Shown here one piece after another: positions 57,411-64,000 of a DNA stretch of 64,000 bases. The stretch lies in NCBI GenBank assembly GCA_964016885.1, contig OZ024747.1, positions 76,818,001 through 76,882,000 of the forward strand, given 5' to 3'. The position numbers and the translations under genes were made by a program. The stretch is from Eledone cirrhosa. Its lineage: Eukaryota. The notes beneath the pieces were generated by a model. The model was not told where the DNA came from. It saw only the letters and a program-made list of their open reading frames with translations, and did no database searches. Each line of letters opens with the position of its first letter. The stretch's first letter is position 1.

Positions 57411-60400
57411 GGGGTCTCTAAGCTGTTGTTGAACTCACTGTAAATGAGAGTTTGATCTCCATCAAATCATACCAAATTAGGCTCTTCATTAATCCAGTTC
57501 AGGTCTTTCATTATGTTGATAGTGAATATAGTGTGTGTACAAACACTTAGCATATTTTGTTAGTTATACTATATACTTTGCTGACATTTCATATGGAGAG
57601 ACTGGGGGACCAAGTAAGCTCTGGTATAGTCCATGATGGATATAAATGTTTGTAGACTAATGTTGTTGTCTCGTGTTGGCTAAATATGTTGTCTGTTAGT
57701 GTTCTATGTAGATCTGTATGATTTTGACTTCTTTTCTCTGCCAGGAGTTGTGGCCAATAGATAGTATCAGCAATGGAAAGACCAATGGAAACATGGTTTC
57801 CTTGGTCCGAACTGACAAGTTTCAGATGGTTTGGTATTAAAAGTGTTAATTTATCTGGCTTTCAACATTTGAAGGGTAAAACATATTTGATAAAAAGGAA
57901 AGACATATTTGGAAAGTCAGGTGTTAAATACAATCTTCTTGTCATATGACATATACACAATAGATAGAGAGGGAGATCAGGATTGGTGAGCCAAGGTGTA
58001 ATTTGTAGTACTATGGATTACCTCCAGACTGCTGGGAAAACATCTGAGGGGGGTGGGTAATGCTGAAGAACATGCAAGCACTGTCTATTCAGTGACCCCT
58101 CAATCACATGCTGGGCTGTCTTTCATTTTCCATACAATAACTATGGATAGTTGATATTATAGAATACACATAGCTACAACTATCATGCTCCGTAAACATT
58201 TATAATGGTTGTTACAGATAATGAGAACTTGGAGATAGTCACCACTCTATGAAAGATAATGGCTGAATGAGATTTAGCATCTTCACACTAGCACAGGTTT
58301 TTATCTACCATAATGTCAACAGTGACATTTGGGATTGAAGCTTCCTTCATCCAGCTATCAGAACCTGAAATGACCTTCTAGAAACTACAGAATCAAACTT
58401 TTCACAGAGTTTAGCAAGCTCAAGTAAAGTTCTCTCTTTCAGCGACACACACACGCACAAGAACAACAAAACTACAGTCCACAAATCTTGATCTCAAAGA
58501 TTCAAATGAAAGATGAAAGACATAAAAGAAAGAAATATTTGGAGTTAGTATTTACCATGGGATTTTAATGTATATTATTAGTAAATCAGAATTTTAAAGC
58601 AATCTTTTAAAGCAATCAGCTCATATACACAGGTGAGAAATCTATAAGATTCTAGCTTATTTTTGTCTCAAGGAAAACTAGGTGGATATGTATCCTTGAC
58701 AACCACCAAAAAGTGAGAAACAATGTTGTCGGTTGCTTCCCCTTATTTGATGGTGGACACAACCTTAAAAATTCATAGCGGAAGGCTGTTAAATGTTTTT
58801 CATAAACATCCTGTATATAATTCGATATACAACACATACACATAAGTGTATAACGCTATGTTGAAGCACCAGTACTTTTAAAGTAATCTGTAATTTAAAT
58901 AGGAACCATATTTCTAATAAAAGACATTGTCTAAGATTTTCAAATCATTTTGAATTTAAAATGATTTAGTAATATAACTAACTTTCTCATTATTAAGCTG
59001 GTGTTTGGATAATAACTTAATAAAATTATGATGGGAGCCTTTTAAATTAAACATAAAGAACTTTATATCATAGAACCGGGGGCAGTTTTAAGTGGTTTGG
59101 TATCAAAAGGGTTAAAATATAATCAGTAGTTTCTAGAAATTCAATGAAACATTGGAGAGAAAGATGTATGTTAAAAATGGGTAAGGAATATGAAGATTCA
59201 TGATAACTAAAAGAGAAACATTAAAAAAGTAATCTGTTTTATAAACCATTAGATTGAAACTAAGTTCAATAAGGAATATGGAACATAGTCTTTGCAGTTT
59301 CTTCAGATTGCTGAGATCAATAATACTTATATGTTCAGCTTAAACTTCCTTAGAGAAGATAACAAGCTTGGGTGAGACAGGGTTTACAGAATGAGCTACA
59401 AAAAGGATGTTAAGAGGAGGAGAGGAGATTGATAAATTTGTTGGGTTTGAGCACAGGCTTCTGCCTGCAACTGGTACCATATAACCCAGTACAAGCTGCT
59501 TCATAGCCAAGTGGTCAGTAACTAAACTGACTCCTTCACCAGACACTTCCCCCAACCCAGCACTCTTATTCTAACCCCACTTAATAAATTTTGCTAATCT
59601 ATCTCCGGTGAAATTTTATTTTAAGTGGTAGCATTTTCTTTAGATATTAAAAAACATTATACATGACAAAAAAAAACCATTACAAGAAATCCCATATGTT
59701 ATGAAATAAATAGGATGGGTTGGCATCTCAATATGTAAACTAAACAACTAATTTTGTTTTGTTTTTTAAATTAAGAGAGAGAACCAAAAAAAATTACAGA
59801 TTCCTCCCTCACCACAATCCCGTTTATTCCAACCCCTCTATTATTTGGGACCCGAGAGCAGGTTTGTCACATAGCCTACGCTAACAGCTGATACAATCTT
59901 CTGATCTGTCAGACTCAACCATTTCTCTCTGTAGATAGTAAACCTCTAGAGAAACAAACATGGAAGTATTCAATGTTTATCAGAAGTGGGCAGTATGTAA
60001 ATGACATGAATAATTGATAAAATTAAGAATATGTAATCAGTGTGGCCAATTAAAAGAACTCCTCAGATGAGCGACTAGAACATTTACAGAGTGAAGAATT
60101 TTATAGATTCCATCACTGAAACCAAGAGTACAGTCAAACCAACAAAAGATCCTCTAGAGTCAGGATCCCTAAACTTTTTAAACCATTATTGATCCTTCTA
60201 TAGAATTCCTGTCTCACTGCCCCTTAGAAATACATGAAAATAAATAAGTCAACAAATAAATAAGTAAACTGAATATAAAATAGACAATAAAAACTAATTA
60301 TATATAGATCAGAAACCTGTATAGGCAAGTTATATTTTATTGTATAGTTTTAGGTATTTTTATTTGTTACACAGAAGTCAGAATTTGGCCCTAAACTTCA

Positions 60401-61361
60401 ATCAACCATCTGTGGAGTCCCATCAACTTGAGTGTAACTACTTTGGGGACATTTGCTCCCTGAGGTACTTCAAATAGTAAGATATAGGAGTCAAGTCTCC
60501 TTCAAATCAAACCCTACTCTCTTAAAATATGTAGAGTACACTGGACTATATGGTTCTAGATATGACTAAGTTATGCTCTGACAAAGCAGGACTGATAAGT
60601 GACTGGGGTTATATATTAAATCATATACAAATGTTTATTCAAATAAACATTTTTATAACCTTGCTATGAAATTTTAGAAGCAGTGATCAATCATCACTGG
60701 CCTTTAACAACCAAATAAGGGAGAGCATTCTAATGGTGCTGTTTCTGGTTTGTTAACCATCATCAGAGAAACTTACTCCTCCTTCGATGTTAAGACGAAA
60801 ATAATCTAAAATTTCATAGGAGCTCGATTCTTCCTTTATATCTCTGTCCTTCTCTCACTCTCTATCCTTCTCTGGAAGAAATCTGCTGTATTCAGATGAG
60901 GAGAGGAGATGAATTCCACCAGGTTTAAAAAATGCCCTAGAAATGCCATATGTCAATATGGCACTCTTATAACTCCCAGGAGAGTTATGGGACCCTGCAA
61001 TGAAAGGATTAACAGAGAGTGTAAGGAATGAACAACATGTGGAATTTATAATGTAGGCTAGAAGATTGCTAATTAATCTATTGTGAAGATTCTAGTAATG
61101 ACCAGAAAGAAGAAAAGTGTGTTTCTGGGTGAATTACAAGTCATTATTTTTATAGGTTTCTATTCTCTATTTTTTACCAGGGCAGAAGACACCAAATTAA
61201 ATACCAGACTAGTGACATTAAAATGTACTTTCTGTCCTCAATACTAAAACTGGGGCTGTTTGCACTTTGGTTTGTTTGTTTATATTTTCTTTAGATTATT
61301 CTTTAATCTATTTTATATTTTATATTTATTTACTTATTTATTTACATTTGAATCTGGGAAT

Positions 61362-61611
61362 ATGAGTAGGGCCCATGAAGATGAGTAGGGCCCATGAAGA
61401 TGAGTAGGGCCCATGGAGATGAGCAGGGCCCATGGAGATGAGCAGGGCCCATGAAGATGAGCAGGGCCCATGGAGATGAGCAGGGCCCATGAAGATGAGC
61501 AGGGCCCATGGAGATGAGCAGGGCCCATGAAGATGAGTAGGGCCCATGAAGATGAGCAGGGCCCATGGAGATGAGCAGGGCCCATGAAGATGAGCAGGGC
61601 CCATGGAGATG
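61362..61611. repeat. 19-bp minisatellite, 13 copies
   Basis: atgagcagggcccatgRag. Confidence 0.95.
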
Positions 61612-61890
61612 GAGTTTGGAGCATAATTTAAAGGTTCTTACATAGAATTATGATGGAAGGATTTTAGAGGTTGTGATACTGGTGTCAGTGAATAAAGCTA
61701 TATGTTACAGTATGTATACATATACGTGTATGTGTTACAGTATGTATACATATACGTGTATGTGTGAGGGAAGCATGTGAGTGAATACAAAAGAAAAGAT
61801 CTGTGTCGGAATATTCAATTGTCTACATACAGCTCAGATCATCAGAAAAGCTTTCTACCTCTGTATCTGTAACTGTAACTGTATCATCAT

Positions 61891-62663
61891 TACAATAGTT
61901 GACAGTGAGGTAGATATATCCCAGAGGCTGGAGGGACAACATAAAGACTTCTACATTAGTTGACAGTGAGGTAGATATATCCCAGAGGCTGGTGGGACAA
62001 CATAAAGACTTCTACATTAGTTGACAGTGAGGTAGATATATCCCAGAGGCTGGAGGGACAACATAAAGACTTCTACAATAGTTGACAGTGAGGTAGATAT
62101 ATCCCAGAGGCTGGTGGGACAACATAAAGACTTCTACATTAGTTGACAGTGAGGTAGATATATCCCAGAGGCTGGAGGGACAACATAAAGACTTCTACAA
62201 TAGTTGACAGTGAGGTAGATATATCCCAGAGGCTGGTGGGACAACATAAAGACTTCTACATTAGTTGACAGTGAGGTAGATATATCCCAGAGGCTGGTGG
62301 GACAACATAAAGACTTCTACAATAGTTGACAGTGAGGTAGATATATCCCAGAGGCTGGAGGGACAACATAAAGACTTCTACAATAGTTGACAGTGAGGTA
62401 GATATATCCCAGAGGCTGGTGGGACAACATAAAGACTTCTACATTAGTTGACAGTGAGGTAGATATATCCCAGAGGCTGGTGGGACAACATAAAGACTTC
62501 TACAATAGTTGACAGTGAGGTAGATATATCCCAGAGGCTGGTGGGACAACATAAAGACTTCTACATTAGTTGACAGTGAGGTAGATATATCCCAGAGGCT
62601 GGAGGGACAACATAAAGACTTCTACAATAGTTGACAGTGAGGTAGATATATCCCAGAGGCTGG
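61891..62663. repeat. 61-bp minisatellite, about 12.5 copies
   Basis: tagttgacagtgaggtagatatatcccagaggctggWgggacaacataaagacttctacaW. Confidence 0.95.
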
Positions 62664-63489
62664 AAGTGATTGTTCATTCAGTGTTTACATAATCTGTTAT
62701 GTTGGAAGTGCCTGTAGAAACCAAATATCACTTGAATGTTCAAGTGGCCCGAGACTCAGTATCTTTCCTTCATTGCCTAACATTTGAAAATTTTAGTTTA
62801 TTAGAACATTTTTTTCAACACGTGTCAGCATGTCACCACATGAAATAAAAAAAAATTAGCAATTTTGTATGTGTGTGTGTGTGTGCATATGCATACATTT
62901 ATATGTATGAGTATATAAAAATAAACGCATAAACACAGACACATTTACAAAAATATACACTCACAGACATACATTCACACAAACACACACTCACACAGCG
63001 TAGCAAATGGAACGCTAGCCATTGTTTTGCTATAGTTTTTACACCATCCTCTTCCTTCCTTTTACACAAACATACATTGTGTGATGGATGGAAGTTGCTT
63101 AAATTTATATATAGATTGTGAAATGTGAGGAGGGTACTTTAGTTAGGATATTGGTACCCTGATGGGTTCAATTATTGGACATGGTGGTGCATTGTGTCCT
63201 TGAGCAGACCCTCCATTTCATGGTGACCTAGTCCACTCAACAGTGAGTACTGGAAACACATGAGGATGAGCCCTGCGATAGACGAACATTCCAGCCAGGA
63301 CAGAGTCTTGTATTCTCAGTCAATTTATACCAAAGAAACTGAGATAAGATCTGAACTGATCAGCTTCTTAGGACAGACTTTAACTCATTCGGTAATAATT
63401 CAGCAGAGAATATCTGAAAATGGATTTGTTCATTCAAATGTTTATACTATCTTTACTATATGTTATAGTATGTATCACAGTAAATTCTT

Positions 63490-64000
63490 ACTACAACAGA
63501 CTTTGGTCTAGAGACTATGTAGATTATTACATCAGACTTTGTTCTAGAGACTGTGTAGGTTATTACATCAGAATTTGGTCTGGAGACTATGTAGGTTATT
63601 ACATCAGAATTTGGTCTGGAGACTATGTAGGTTATTACATCAGACTTTGGTCTAGAGACTATGTAGGTTATTACACCAGACTTTGGTCTAGAGACTATTT
63701 AAGTTATTACACCAGACTTTGGTCTAGAGACTATGTAGGTTATATTACACCAGACTTTGGTCTAGAGACTATGTAGGTTATATTACACCAGACTTTGGTC
63801 TAGAGACTATGTAGGCTATTACACCAGACTTTGGTCTAGAGACTATGTAGGCTAGAGACTATGTAGGTTATTACATCAGACTTTGGTCTAGAGACTGTGT
63901 TATTACACCAGACTTTGGTCTAGAGACTATGTTATTACACAAGACTTTGGTCTAGAGACTATGTTATTACACAAGACTTTTGTCTAGAGACTATGTAGGT
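63490..64000. repeat. 36-bp minisatellite running off the window end
   Basis: cagactttggtctagagactatgtaggttattacaY, head to tail with no spacers. Confidence 0.95.

Noticed and set aside
63490-64000. 36-bp repeat of CRISPR-like length (also the 27-, 41- and 61-bp arrays)
   Set aside because: Head-to-tail units with no unique spacers, no cas genes, eukaryotic context.

Overview
AT-rich, microsatellite-saturated animal genomic DNA, most consistent with a coleoid cephalopod (octopus-type SINEs and repeat landscape; inferred, not verified). There is one clear protein-coding segment: the last coding exon of an IRF2BP/IRF2BPL gene on the minus strand (39024-40105), with its upstream exons apparently beyond the right edge. 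The rest is two tRNA-derived SINE families, RTE-clade LINE and mariner fragments, piggyBac- and pogo-type MITEs, minisatellites and simple repeats; most listed ORFs are translations of simple repeats. The most interesting signal is a dispersed set of short, ORF-less, often perfectly palindromic insertions in or beside (TA)n tracts. They carry type I hammerhead ribozyme (HHR) motifs (CUGAYGA...GAAA...UH with stems I-III), i.e. Penelope-like/retrozyme-type elements. A local duplication gives a filled versus empty site pair for one insertion. One copy differs from its relative almost only by A-to-G changes on the ribozyme strand, suggesting that an ADAR-hyperedited RNA was written back into the genome. 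All folds and alignments were done by eye and need computational confirmation.
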